Counted from the first letter of the stretch, positions 16,242 through 24,894 are shown. The stretch is DNA of 32,000 nt from Nitrosopumilus sp. (GCA_029864335.1 JAOTTS010000001.1:10338-42337); one strand, 5' to 3'. Numbers and translations are program-made. The notes: generated by a model from the sequence alone, not told the origin.

Positions 16242-16448
16242 CTATTTTTCAACTCTTTTTTTGTCTCTGCAGATTCCACAAAGATAATTTTGCTTAAACT
16301 CTTCTAACTCAATTTTAAAATCATCTGTTTGAAAATATGACTCACCAGTTTGTAATCCTCCTGGAACAGATACCCCACAATCATTACAATTAATCTCCAC
16401 GTTGAATTTTATTCTCTTTTCATTTTCTAATATTTTGCCGATTATCAT
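16242..16448 (-). CDS. Small zinc-ribbon protein
   Basis: 68 aa with CNDCG ... CGIC pairs. Clean ATG start and TAG stop. Confidence 0.55.
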   Translation of the reverse strand: MIIGKILENEKRIKFNVEINCNDCGVSVPGGLQTGESYFQTDDFKIELEEFKQNYLCGICRDKKRVEK

Positions 16449-16522
16449 GACTTTATCTATTCATTAGATTTGATATAAACAATGTTCAAACTCAAAACTC
16501 ATGAATATTATACTGAAAAATT

Positions 16523-17419
16523 GTGAATATTCTTATGCTCTCTGTTTGGTTTCGTGTAATTAGGGTCAGATTCCTCCTTGCATCAGTCATTGCAGTTTCT
16601 GTAGGCTTGGCACTAAATTGGTGGCAAAATTCTTCAATAGATTTACTTGATGCATTATTGACATTTGCAGGGGTAATGGCACTTCATGCAAGTGTGGATT
16701 TACTGAATGATTTTTGGGATTTTAAGCGAGGAATTGATACTAAAACAAAGCGAACCAAAATGAGTGGTGGTACTGGGGTGTTACCTGAAGGATTACTCAA
16801 ACCATCTTCTGTGTATCGTGCAGGAATTGCATTTTTATTTATTGGGTCTCTAATTGGCGTATATTTTGTAATTACAGATGGAATCCCAATTGCGATAATT
16901 TTGGGGTTTGCAATTCTGTCAATCTATTTTTATTCCACAAAAATTGTTGATTCGGGTTTAGGTGAATTCTTTGTAGCAGTGAAGGGGTCGATGATTGTAA
17001 TGGGTACTTTTTTTATTCAATCTGGACAAATTAACATTGAATCAATTCTTGGAGGAATTGTTGTTGGCTCTTTATCTGCATTAGTGCTTTTCATTGCATC
17101 ATTTCCAGATCATGATGCAGACAAATCAAAAGGAAGAAAGACTCTGGTTATTGCTGTTGGAAAGGAAAAAGCATCCAAATTGTTTTGGATTTTTCCATTA
17201 ATATCATATAGTGCAATTATTTTTGGTGTATCTACCAATCTATTTCCTTTATTGTCATTGATTAGTCTTCTAAGCATACCTTTAATGATAAAATCTGGAT
17301 TGGGTTTACAAAAAAATTATGATGCTGTTGAAAATTTAGTACCATCAATGTCTTCCACGTTGCTGTTTGGTAGAATTACTGGTGCCTTGTTTGTATCTAG
17401 TTTCTTGATTGAGATTTGA
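16523..17419 (+). CDS. UbiA-family aromatic prenyltransferase, MenA-like (1,4-dihydroxy-2-naphthoate polyprenyltransferase-like)
   Basis: About 8-9 TM helices. The first Asp-rich motif LLNDFWDFKRGID follows the MenA-type pattern NDxxDxxxGxD, and the second is FPDHDADKSKGRKTL. The start is GTG 16523 or ATG 16535. Confidence 0.85.
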   Translation: MNILMLSVWFRVIRVRFLLASVIAVSVGLALNWWQNSSIDLLDALLTFAGVMALHASVDLLNDFWDFKRGIDTKTKRTKMSGGTGVLPEGLLKPSSVYRAGIAFLFIGSLIGVYFVITDGIPIAIILGFAILSIYFYSTKIVDSGLGEFFVAVKGSMIVMGTFFIQSGQINIESILGGIVVGSLSALVLFIASFPDHDADKSKGRKTLVIAVGKEKASKLFWIFPLISYSAIIFGVSTNLFPLLSLISLLSIPLMIKSGLGLQKNYDAVENLVPSMSSTLLFGRITGALFVSSFLIEI

Positions 17420-17442
17420 TGCTTTAGACATAAATTTAGCAT

Positions 17443-18558
17443 TTGATTATGATTAACGTGATTTCGGGCTTTGCGACTTTAGAAGGAACTAAAAAATTTG
17501 CTCAAAATTCAGGCATGAATCAAGCAAATTTCAAAGATTTTGCAAATTTAACTTTTTCAAATGTTGGAATTGGAACATATCTTGGGGATCCCGATTCTAG
17601 AACTGACGAATTGGTAACAAATGCTGTAAAACAATCAATCCTATCTGGAGTAAATGTTATTGATACTGCAATAAACTATCGTGCTCAAAAGGCAGAACGT
17701 TCTGTTGGAAAGGCAATATCTCAATTAATTCAAGAAGAAAAAATATCTCGTGAACAATTGTTTCTAAGCACTAAAAATGGCTACGTTACAAATGACGCAG
17801 ATGTTAAATTAGATTTTTGGGAATATGTCAAAGAAGAATATTCACAAAAAGGAGTTATACGAGAGGGTGATGTTACATCTGGGTATCATTGTATGACTCC
17901 TACTTATCTTTCAGATCAACTGGACCGAAGTTTAAAAAACCTAAACTTGGATTGTGTTGATTTAATGTATCTGCATAATGCCGTGGAAGGACAAATCAAA
18001 GATGTTTCCAAAGAACAGTTTTTGGAGAATTTAAAATCTGTTTTTGAATTATACGAACAAAAACGCGATGAGGGCAAAATTAAATTCTACGGTATGGCAA
18101 CATGGGAGTGCTTTAGAGTTACAAAAGACAACCCTCAATTTCTTTCTCTTGAAGATACCGTTAATTTAGCTAAAAAAATTGGGGGTGAAAATCACGGATT
18201 TCGATTTATCCAATTACCATTTAACATGCATTATGATCAAGCACTACTTGGAAAAAATCAAATGATTAATAATAAGCAGATTTCAATTTTAGAGGCAGCA
18301 ATATCTTTGGGGATTGGTGTCTTTACTAGTGTTCCCTTTATGCAAGGACGTTTGTTGGCTTCAGGTGTAATGCCGGAATTTAACGACCTAAAACCATCAT
18401 TACGTGCTTTGCAATTTATTCGCTCATCTCCTGGTATTTTGGCTCCGTTAGTTGGCCAAAAATCTTCTGAACATATATCGGAAAATCTTGAAATTATGAA
18501 AATTCCTCCAATTCCTGAAGATGAATTTCTAGAATTGGTCAAAAAACTTACTTCATGA
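17443..18558 (+). CDS. Aldo/keto reductase family oxidoreductase
   Basis: 371 aa with GIGTYLG, INVIDTAINYR, LFLSTKNG and DLMYLHN, the AKR catalytic Asp/Tyr/Lys/His context. Begins 23 nt after the prenyltransferase stop on the same strand. Confidence 0.9.
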   Translation: MIMINVISGFATLEGTKKFAQNSGMNQANFKDFANLTFSNVGIGTYLGDPDSRTDELVTNAVKQSILSGVNVIDTAINYRAQKAERSVGKAISQLIQEEKISREQLFLSTKNGYVTNDADVKLDFWEYVKEEYSQKGVIREGDVTSGYHCMTPTYLSDQLDRSLKNLNLDCVDLMYLHNAVEGQIKDVSKEQFLENLKSVFELYEQKRDEGKIKFYGMATWECFRVTKDNPQFLSLEDTVNLAKKIGGENHGFRFIQLPFNMHYDQALLGKNQMINNKQISILEAAISLGIGVFTSVPFMQGRLLASGVMPEFNDLKPSLRALQFIRSSPGILAPLVGQKSSEHISENLEIMKIPPIPEDEFLELVKKLTS

Positions 18559-18630
18559 GTATCTTTTTCATTCTGAAAAGAAAATTTTGTGGAAAAATAA
18601 TAAATGAGCCATTATTAGGCATTAGAGTAC

Positions 18631-18996
18631 TTGTCTGCCAAGATTTATGATTATGCGAAAATCTGTGAATCTGTTTTATTAATAACCCCTAAAATTCGAT
18701 TTGCAGGTGTAATTAATGAAAGAGGGCGATTAGTTGCTGGCGGAATGCGAGAGAGTGTTGAACCTTTAGAAAGCGAAAAAGATGATGAAATGATTTTCAT
18801 GGAATTGGCTTTACGTGTCAAAATGAGAAAAGAGTTTGATAAACAGTTAGGCCCTGTAAATTTTGCTATGGCCTCAAGAGAATGTGCTTTGGCCATTAGT
18901 GTATTGATTAATGAGGATATTCTTTACGTAGTGTCAGAACCTGATTCTGATTATGGTGTTTTACCTAAAAAAATTCTTAAAATAATTCATAGCTAA
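18631..18996 (+). CDS. Conserved hypothetical protein (roadblock/LC7-like impression only)
   Basis: 121 aa with a TTG start. The pattern ...RFAGVINERGRLVAGGMRE... ...ILYVVSEP... loosely resembles small alpha/beta regulatory folds. No firm family call. Confidence 0.5.
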   Translation: MSAKIYDYAKICESVLLITPKIRFAGVINERGRLVAGGMRESVEPLESEKDDEMIFMELALRVKMRKEFDKQLGPVNFAMASRECALAISVLINEDILYVVSEPDSDYGVLPKKILKIIHS

Positions 18997-19327
18997 AATC
19001 TATTTACACTTTTGGAAATTTATGATCTTATTAATTAGCTATCAAAATCATTGTTTCTAATATGGTCATAAATAGCAAATTAGAGTCTAATTATTTTGTA
19101 ATAACAGAATTGACTTTTGAAATTAATTCAATTGTCAGAAAATCTTTTAATAATGGGCATCAAGAATATCTCCATTTGATGTAGAGCATGTTTTAAAAAT
19201 CACTTCTGATGTTACCTGTAAAATCAAACTACAACTAAAAGAATTAACAGTATAATTTTGCAAACCGGTACATTGATAAAAAAACTGTTTCTTTAATTCA
19301 TAATAAAGATGACTTTCTAACTGTATC

Positions 19328-19335
19328 TATAAATA
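19328..19335 (+). promoter_or_regulatory. TATA box (TATAAATA) for the YHS/TRASH mini-gene
   Basis: Centred about 26 nt upstream of GTG 19357, which is the first possible start after the frame opens at 19333. Confidence 0.35.
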
Positions 19336-19356
19336 GAAATTAAAAAGACAAAATCT

Positions 19357-19503
19357 GTGCCAGTAGATCCTGTGTGTGGAATTGAACTTGATGAAGAACT
19401 AGCATTACTTCATGAATATGATGGAAAAAAATTCCATTTTTGTTGCAATGGCTGTAGACGTATTTTTATCAAAAAACCTCGAAAATACAAAAATAAAAAC
19501 TAG
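19357..19503 (+). CDS. YHS/TRASH-domain metal-binding mini-protein (48 aa)
   Basis: Hand-translated as (M)PVDPVCGIELDEELALLHEYDGKKFHFCCNGCRRIFIKKPRKYKNKN. DPVCG...y.Gk.y.FC...C...F...P.kY is the YHS/TRASH signature. Its stop overlaps the stop of the convergent gene. Confidence 0.55.
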   Translation: MPVDPVCGIELDEELALLHEYDGKKFHFCCNGCRRIFIKKPRKYKNKN

Positions 19504-20440
19504 ATTGGAAAAGATCCACACATTCTACAAAATTTAGAATTTTTAACTTCGTGTTTACAATATGAACATGCATTCTCTGTACTTTTTTTTGGAACACCAA
19601 ATAATTTCTTGTAAATTTCATAATAATGCATTGATTCTCTACTTCTGATGATTACTCCGTCTTCTTTTTCTGTCGTTAGTTTTTTTTCTACATATTTTTC
19701 TTCATTAATTATCGATTCAAACAAATTAGTTAGCCCAGCAGTGCCTGAACCGTCTTGCATTGGTGATTTTTCTCTCCATGTGATCTGTTGAGGCAGATAT
19801 TTTTCAAATGTCTTACGAAGTATCCATTTTCCGTGTCTTTGATCTTTTTTATTTCTTACTTTCATATACGCTGGGATTTTTTTTGCCAGTTCCACAACTG
19901 AATCTTTTAGAAATGGTGATTCTACATCTATTCCTAATTCTTTACCAATCTTCTGTGTTGGAAAATGCATAACTGAACAAATACGATTTATTTCTGATTC
20001 CAATTCATTTTCAGGTTTGTTAATAAGAAAACTATACCCCGCAAATAATTCATCTGCGCCGTCTCCTGTAATGATTGATTTTTCTCCACAATCTTTTGCC
20101 CATTTTATTGCCAGATACATTCAACATTATTGCGAATCTCTATATCGTTGAAATTTTTTAAAATCTTTATTGTCTCCTCAACTGCTTCAAGAATCATGGC
20201 AGTTTTAGCATAATAAATTATAAGAGGTAAATCCATCTCTCTTGCAATTCTTTGGCAATATATTAGATCTGTTGAAACAAAGTCTTCTGCAATTACTGCA
20301 ATGGCTTTTGGTTTTCTATGTTTTAAGAAATATGCTATGATGGAACTATCTAATCCTCCAGATAATGCTATCAAATTAGACTTGCATGAATTGCAGGAGT
20401 CTTCTAAAACTTTGTAGAGATCCTTGGACACATTATCCAA
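19500..20440 (-). pseudogene. Asparagine-synthase-like PP-loop ATPase (no glutaminase domain) with a C-terminal zinc ribbon, split by a 1-nt frameshift
   Basis: The N-terminal ORF (20105..20440) has the PP-loop ALSGGLDSSIIAYFL. The C-terminal ORF (19500..20120) continues with MYLAIKWAKDCGEKSIITGDGADELFAGY and ends CSYCKHEVKNSKFCRMCG. The two frames overlap by 16 nt around GTTGAATGTATC (20105-20125). One extra A (GAAATG) would fuse them as ..IRNNVEMYLAIKW... Confidence 0.7.
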
Positions 20441-20550
20441 TACAACTCAGTTTGTTCTGAAATTAAAATATCTATGCCTAATCAAATTTATTTGATAAAT
20501 CTTGTATTTCATTGCAAACTTAAAATACGTTATAGGTTTCTTGGGTATTG

Positions 20551-20967
20551 ATGCTTCTTCCTGCTGAAATTGAATCTAAAACTCTAATCCCTGCATTACG
20601 TGCAATACTTGCCAAGAAACTTGCTGAGGATCATAATATTCGAGAAGATGAAATTTCTAAAATGTTGGGAGTCACGCAAGCAGCCATTAGTAATTACATT
20701 CGTGGAACAAGAGGCGACCCATCCCTTATTGCAAAACTTTTAGCAGAAAAACAAGTTGCAATTATGATTGATGATCTTAGTGACAGTCTTTCATCAGACA
20801 TGGCATACACTCCATCTAGTCTTTCAAAATTCATCGGCCTTTGCAATTATATCAAATCTAGCCTACTAATTTGTGAGATACATCACAATCTAGAATCAAA
20901 CATTGATGAACAAATATGCAAAGAATGTGAAAACATGCTTCTTAAAGGTCCCGGAAGCGTTTACTAG
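20551..20967 (+). CDS. HTH transcriptional regulator (COG2522-like, XRE-type HTH plus C-terminal Cys/His region)
   Basis: MLLPAEIESKTLIPALRAILAKKLAEDHNIREDEISKMLGVTQAAISNYIRGTRG is the typical N-terminus of this archaeal regulator family. C-terminal CEIHH...CKEC. ATG 20551 is preferred over TTG 20548. Confidence 0.75.
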   Translation: MLLPAEIESKTLIPALRAILAKKLAEDHNIREDEISKMLGVTQAAISNYIRGTRGDPSLIAKLLAEKQVAIMIDDLSDSLSSDMAYTPSSLSKFIGLCNYIKSSLLICEIHHNLESNIDEQICKECENMLLKGPGSVY

Positions 20968-21278
20968 ATTTTATTTAAAATAATTTCAATTGTTGATGTC
21001 ATACTGCCAATTCCTGGAGATGCAACTGTATCTAGAGTAATTTTTTGAATTTTCGAATTACCTTTTAGCATTTTTTCAGTAATTATATTTGCAACAGCAA
21101 CTGCATTTGGAATTGAATTTCCCCTTGATTTTAAAATTACCTGATGTTTACTTCCCAATGTCGATAATACATCTATAGCTGATTGCATTACAGGATCATT
21201 TCCAATGTTTATGATGGTACCATCAGACTTTTCGGTCTGCTCTTGACCATACGGTTCAGGTGTCTCTTCCATGAGCAT
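20964..21278 (-). CDS. albA: DNA/RNA-binding protein Alba
   Basis: NIGNDPVMQSAIDVLSTLGSKHQVILKSRGNSIPNAVAVANIITEKML...STIEIIL matches the Alba core (iG.kpvm.Y.....l......v.ikArG.aI..AVdvaei). Confidence 0.85.
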   Translation of the reverse strand: MLMEETPEPYGQEQTEKSDGTIINIGNDPVMQSAIDVLSTLGSKHQVILKSRGNSIPNAVAVANIITEKMLKGNSKIQKITLDTVASPGIGSMTSTIEIILNKI

Positions 21279-21329
21279 TATTCAACAATCAGCAATTTTT
21301 TGTTCTTTTAAGTTTTATCGACCAATGAT

Positions 21330-21884
21330 TCATTTTTCAAAGTAATCAATTGGAATATTTTGAAAATCTCCATTTGGAAGTACTCTTCTAATTGTAATTG
21401 GGATCACTCTTTGTTCAAGTTCTTCCATTGCAATATCTAACGAAATCCTTGCAGTTTTTGGAATTGGAATGAATGGTGGTGCACCTAATGATAATTGCAG
21501 AGCTCTTGCACCCATAATTCTTGCTTTTTCAAATCTTGTAAGTGTTGGTGGACCAATTGTGATTTTACCTTTCTCACATGGAATTTCTTTTGGCTCATGC
21601 TCTTCAATTTTTTCAACAATTTCTCTGCTCTCAATTTCTCTGATTCTTTTTTCAAGATTTTCTTGATCTTTTTCACTTAGTGGTTCTAGTCCACCTTTTT
21701 TCTCTATTATTTTTCGATAAGTGTTCAGTGCTTTATTTAGTCCTGCATTTACTTCTGGTAAAAGATCTGATTCTTCAGATTCTGGTGTTTCTAAAACTTC
21801 AGTTTCAGGTACATCTAACAATGGTGCTTCTTCGACATCAGGCAAGTACCAAAATTTTCTTAAAACGTTATATAATCTAATCAT
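21330..21884 (-). CDS. rpoK: DNA-directed RNA polymerase subunit K/Rpo6 with a long acidic N-terminal extension
   Basis: The C-terminal 70 aa, PPTLTRFEKARIMGARALQLSLGAPPFIPIP...LDIAMEELEQRVIPITIRRVLPNGD, is the Rpo6/omega core. The track ORF is trimmed to the first Met not overlapping the divergent gene (21884). The true start is uncertain (in-frame TTG codons lie just downstream of ATG 21884). TGA stop. Confidence 0.8.
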   Translation of the reverse strand: MIRLYNVLRKFWYLPDVEEAPLLDVPETEVLETPESEESDLLPEVNAGLNKALNTYRKIIEKKGGLEPLSEKDQENLEKRIREIESREIVEKIEEHEPKEIPCEKGKITIGPPTLTRFEKARIMGARALQLSLGAPPFIPIPKTARISLDIAMEELEQRVIPITIRRVLPNGDFQNIPIDYFEK

Positions 21885-21897
21885 TTTAAAGTACGAA

Positions 21898-22284
21898 TTG
21901 AGTACATCTTCAGTTTCCAGAAAACAACTTATTTTAGAAATTCGAGGTAAAACAAAAATTTCATGTGATCTAAAACGCCACTTGTCTCCGCGAACTGTTG
22001 GAATCATAATGAGATCCTTGCCATTAGAGGGTAATGCCCATCTTTTGGGAAAAAGTATTTTGTATTTTGAAACGAATGTTGATTCTGGAACAGAGAGGGC
22101 AAAATCTGAATTCAAAAAAGGTGATGTGGCATTTTTATCATCATCTGGAAGCATTTGTTTTTTCATAAACGATGTGGCGTCTGGAAAAACTATGACACCA
22201 ATTGGAAAATTAGGCGATAACATTGATGTATTAAAGGATGTTAAATCTGGAGATGTATTGTGTATCTATGAAGAAACTGCTTGA
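21898..22284 (+). CDS. Cyclophilin-like small beta-barrel protein (TM1367/COG2164-like)
   Basis: KQLILEIRGKTKISCDLKRHLSPRTVGIIMRSLPLEGNAHLLGKSILYFETNV...KGDVAFLSSSGSICFF...PIGKL...VKSGDVLCI fits this family's pattern. TTG 21898 was chosen as the first start upstream of the conserved core. Confidence 0.55.
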   Translation: MSTSSVSRKQLILEIRGKTKISCDLKRHLSPRTVGIIMRSLPLEGNAHLLGKSILYFETNVDSGTERAKSEFKKGDVAFLSSSGSICFFINDVASGKTMTPIGKLGDNIDVLKDVKSGDVLCIYEETA

Positions 22285-22577
22285 TACAAATGATGTCCAG
22301 AATAACCGCCGACTCTTTTTACAGTTCCTTTGATTGCAGAATTTTTTAGAAATGCATTTGCTGCAGAAATTTTAACTCCAGTTTGCCTGGCAAGATCTTG
22401 GACTGTGACTACTTTAGAGTTTTGAATGATTTTCATTGCCTGTTGTTCATTTACCATAACTGTAATTTCTGCTTTCTTTGGACCACTTTCTCCTTTGTCT
22501 TTTTTACTCTTTTTTATGTCCTTGGTTCCAGATGATTTATCTTTATTTGCAGCTGTTGTCTTTTTTGCTCCGCCCAT
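22266..22577 (-). CDS. rps25e: Ribosomal protein eS25
   Basis: 103 aa with a Lys-rich N-terminus, then VTVQDLARQTGVKISAANAFLKNSAIKGTVKRVGGYSGHHLY, the S25e winged-helix core. Confidence 0.85.
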   Translation of the reverse strand: MGGAKKTTAANKDKSSGTKDIKKSKKDKGESGPKKAEITVMVNEQQAMKIIQNSKVVTVQDLARQTGVKISAANAFLKNSAIKGTVKRVGGYSGHHLYQAVSS

Positions 22578-22600
22578 AAATCTAGAAAAAAATATTCCTC

Positions 22601-22607
22601 TTATAAA
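22601..22607 (-). promoter_or_regulatory. TATA-like box (minus-strand TTTATAA) for eS25
   Basis: Centred about 27 nt upstream of the ATG at 22577. Confidence 0.35.
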
Positions 22608-22670
22608 CGATGAAGAAATTCAGTCTAGTGTTTTTATTAATTATTTGAAAACTTTCAAATTATTTTCAAG

Positions 22671-22678
22671 TATAAATA
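22671..22678 (+). promoter_or_regulatory. TATA box (TATAAATA) for the 70-aa gene at 22700
   Basis: Centred about 26 nt upstream of ATG 22700, in a divergent promoter region shared with eS25. Confidence 0.4.
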
Positions 22679-22699
22679 ACATCTAGTCTTTCATAAATT

Positions 22700-22912
22700 A
22701 TGGGTATTGTATCCAAAGGTGCAAAATGCAATGTTGATGGGTGTGATAAAGACGGTACTCGTTCTTTAAACACTGCAAAGGTAGAAAACGCAGGTCTCCG
22801 AGTAAATTCATCCGGTAAAAAAACAGTCCTTTGTAAAGATCACTATAAAGAATGGAAAAAAGAATCCAAAGACGATCGTGATCTTGAACGTGCAAGATTT
22901 GACAAATTTTAG
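22700..22912 (+). CDS. Small conserved Cys/His protein
   Basis: 70 aa with CNVDGCDK...LCKDHYKEWKK. Clean ATG, a TATA at -26 and a TAG stop. Confidence 0.55.
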   Translation: MGIVSKGAKCNVDGCDKDGTRSLNTAKVENAGLRVNSSGKKTVLCKDHYKEWKKESKDDRDLERARFDKF

Positions 22913-22921
22913 TTTCCTTAG

Positions 22922-24001
22922 TTAATTTGTAGGATTTTTAGAATAATCGTCTCGAAGTTTCTCGTATAATTTATCTAATTTCATATAGAGTCTTTTTGGT
23001 TCTCTTTTTTTCTGGTTACTCAAAACATACAATGCGAGAATTGGAAATGCAATTGTTGCATCAGCATATACGGTAACCATTCCTTTATGTGCATCTTGAA
23101 CTTTCCCCCAACTCTTTCCTTCTTGAAGTGTTGCACCAGACAATCCTCCTGTATCAGGACGTGCATCAGTAATTTGAATAATGTAATCTTGTCCTCCGTC
23201 ATTCCTTCTGAGAATTTGGTCTAATAGTGGCCCTGTTTGCTGTGCTGTGTTTTTTGGAACTCCTCCTCCTAACTCTAAAATTCCTGATTTCTTTGAATCA
23301 TAAAGAATAGCTGCCTGCTCTATTATCTCTCTTACAAAATCCAAATTGTATATTTTGTCTTTTAGCCTATGAACTACTAAATTCAAGGCCAATGACGAAT
23401 CCTTTATTGTTGATATGTATACCGGTACATCATATTCATATGCAGATGCAATGAAACTTTTTTCAGGGTGTTTTGCTTTCTCTTTACTTATTTTTCCCAT
23501 CAAATTACAAAATTCTGCTGTTGTAAATGGCTTATCTGAAAAATCTTCTCCAAACATTTTTTGAATTAATTTGTCTTCTGCCTCCAATGTTTCATGAAAT
23601 TTAATATACACATCTCTAATTCTAACAATTTCATTTTCATACAATTTCATATCATCAACATCAAAACTTCCTTGTTTTACTGGTAATCCCCAAGCAAAAT
23701 GATCTTCATGGTATACATTTGCCCCAGTTGTAATAATCCAGTCAACAAACCCTTTTTCAATAAGTGTTTTAATTATTCCACCAAACCCCACAGGTGTCAT
23801 TGCTCCAGAAACTGTAAGACAAATTGTGGTGTCTTCTTCAATCATTTGAGCATAAAGTTTTGCTGCATCTCCAAGCTGTCTTCCATTATATCCTGTACTT
23901 GCAAAGACATCAACTAAATCTTCTATCGTCATATCTGGATCTAGTTTAATGTGAGGAATGTCTTTACCATGAAATTCGTGTGGATCCACTTTAAAAAACA
24001 A
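22922..24001 (-). CDS. dys: Deoxyhypusine synthase
   Basis: 359 aa. ICLTVSGAMTPVGFGGIIKTLIEKGFVDWIITTGANVYHE and ILELGGGVPKN are DHS signatures. The start is TTG 24001 or GTG a few codons in. Confidence 0.9.
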   Translation of the reverse strand: MFFKVDPHEFHGKDIPHIKLDPDMTIEDLVDVFASTGYNGRQLGDAAKLYAQMIEEDTTICLTVSGAMTPVGFGGIIKTLIEKGFVDWIITTGANVYHEDHFAWGLPVKQGSFDVDDMKLYENEIVRIRDVYIKFHETLEAEDKLIQKMFGEDFSDKPFTTAEFCNLMGKISKEKAKHPEKSFIASAYEYDVPVYISTIKDSSLALNLVVHRLKDKIYNLDFVREIIEQAAILYDSKKSGILELGGGVPKNTAQQTGPLLDQILRRNDGGQDYIIQITDARPDTGGLSGATLQEGKSWGKVQDAHKGMVTVYADATIAFPILALYVLSNQKKREPKRLYMKLDKLYEKLRDDYSKNPTN

Positions 24002-24100
24002 TTTTTTATTCTAAATAATACTTGCGGATGGAATTCTTTTGCTAATTCTGACTTTTCACATAAACCTTACTTAATTAGGAATGTTCTGGAATAATACCAA

Positions 24101-24451
24101 ATGAAAATAATTGATTTGCATGATCCTCAAAGGGTAAACAAATCCCCCGATGATGTTGAAATTTTGATGTCCTCTGGGAATTTTCCCCAAGATGAGTTTG
24201 TTATCTCTAAAGTAGAATTGCGTCTTTACAATGAACGAATTGATGATAAATTGGGTACTTTTTCTCTAATTACCTCCTTTGTAGAAACTGACAAAGGGTC
24301 TGTTGAAATGATTTATGATGAGGGATTTCGAGGTGAAGATCCTTTGAAGCGAACAAGAGAATTTCTAATTTCTAATTTGGGAATATCTGGTTTGATTTTG
24401 CGCTCAATAATTTGCCTACGTGAGAAAACTGATACATTTTTGGATGTATAG
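24101..24451 (+). CDS. Hypothetical protein
   Basis: 116-aa ATG ORF, divergent from dys, with no recognisable motif. The region after its TAG also looks like coding sequence interrupted by stops. Confidence 0.45.
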   Translation: MKIIDLHDPQRVNKSPDDVEILMSSGNFPQDEFVISKVELRLYNERIDDKLGTFSLITSFVETDKGSVEMIYDEGFRGEDPLKRTREFLISNLGISGLILRSIICLREKTDTFLDV

Positions 24452-24675
24452 ACTGAATCGCCAGTAGACAAAACTGTAATTCAATTCAGAGGCAGTACTG
24501 ATAGATGGGAAATTGTAGGTGATTAAGTATGTGATTCTAAAATCGAAATGACGTAAAAAGCCATTCATCAAGGTAATGTAGTTTAGAAAGTAAAATCTCT
24601 AGCAGATATTATTGTAGAAAATAGAATGGCACTTTAGAATTGAAATGCAAAGCAATAGACAGAAAACTTTGATAA

Positions 24676-24894
24676 TATGGAACTGGAACATTAGATGGAG
24701 GAGAAGCATTTAGAATAATTCTAAGAGGAAACTATGCCCCAATCTATGACCAACCAGAAAATTTTGTACTTGACTGGTCTATGGCCATAATACAAAACAT
24801 AAAAAATGGATTTAGAATCCTATTAGCACAAGATGGTGTTATTCATATAAAACCATTATTGTATGTTGAGGAATTAGATGATTTAGAACATTAA
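24676..24894 (+). pseudogene. Start-less 72-codon coding remnant
   Basis: The open frame YGTGTLDGGEAFRIILRGNYAPIYDQPENFVLDWSMAIIQNIKNGFRILLAQDGVIHIKPLLYVEELDDLEH-TAA has no usable start. It is preceded in-frame by tandem TGA TAA (24670-24675) and a further in-frame protein-like stretch (NGTLELKCKAIDRKL). Confidence 0.35.

Noticed and set aside
21469-22223. Upstream extension of the RpoK ORF, plus the track ORFs 21469..21666, 21485..21676, 21495..21680, 21680..21880 and the 5' part of 21721..22284
   Set aside because: These are alternative-frame or antisense shadows of the K/E/D-rich RpoK extension and of the cyclophilin-like gene. Their products are low-complexity and they mutually overlap.
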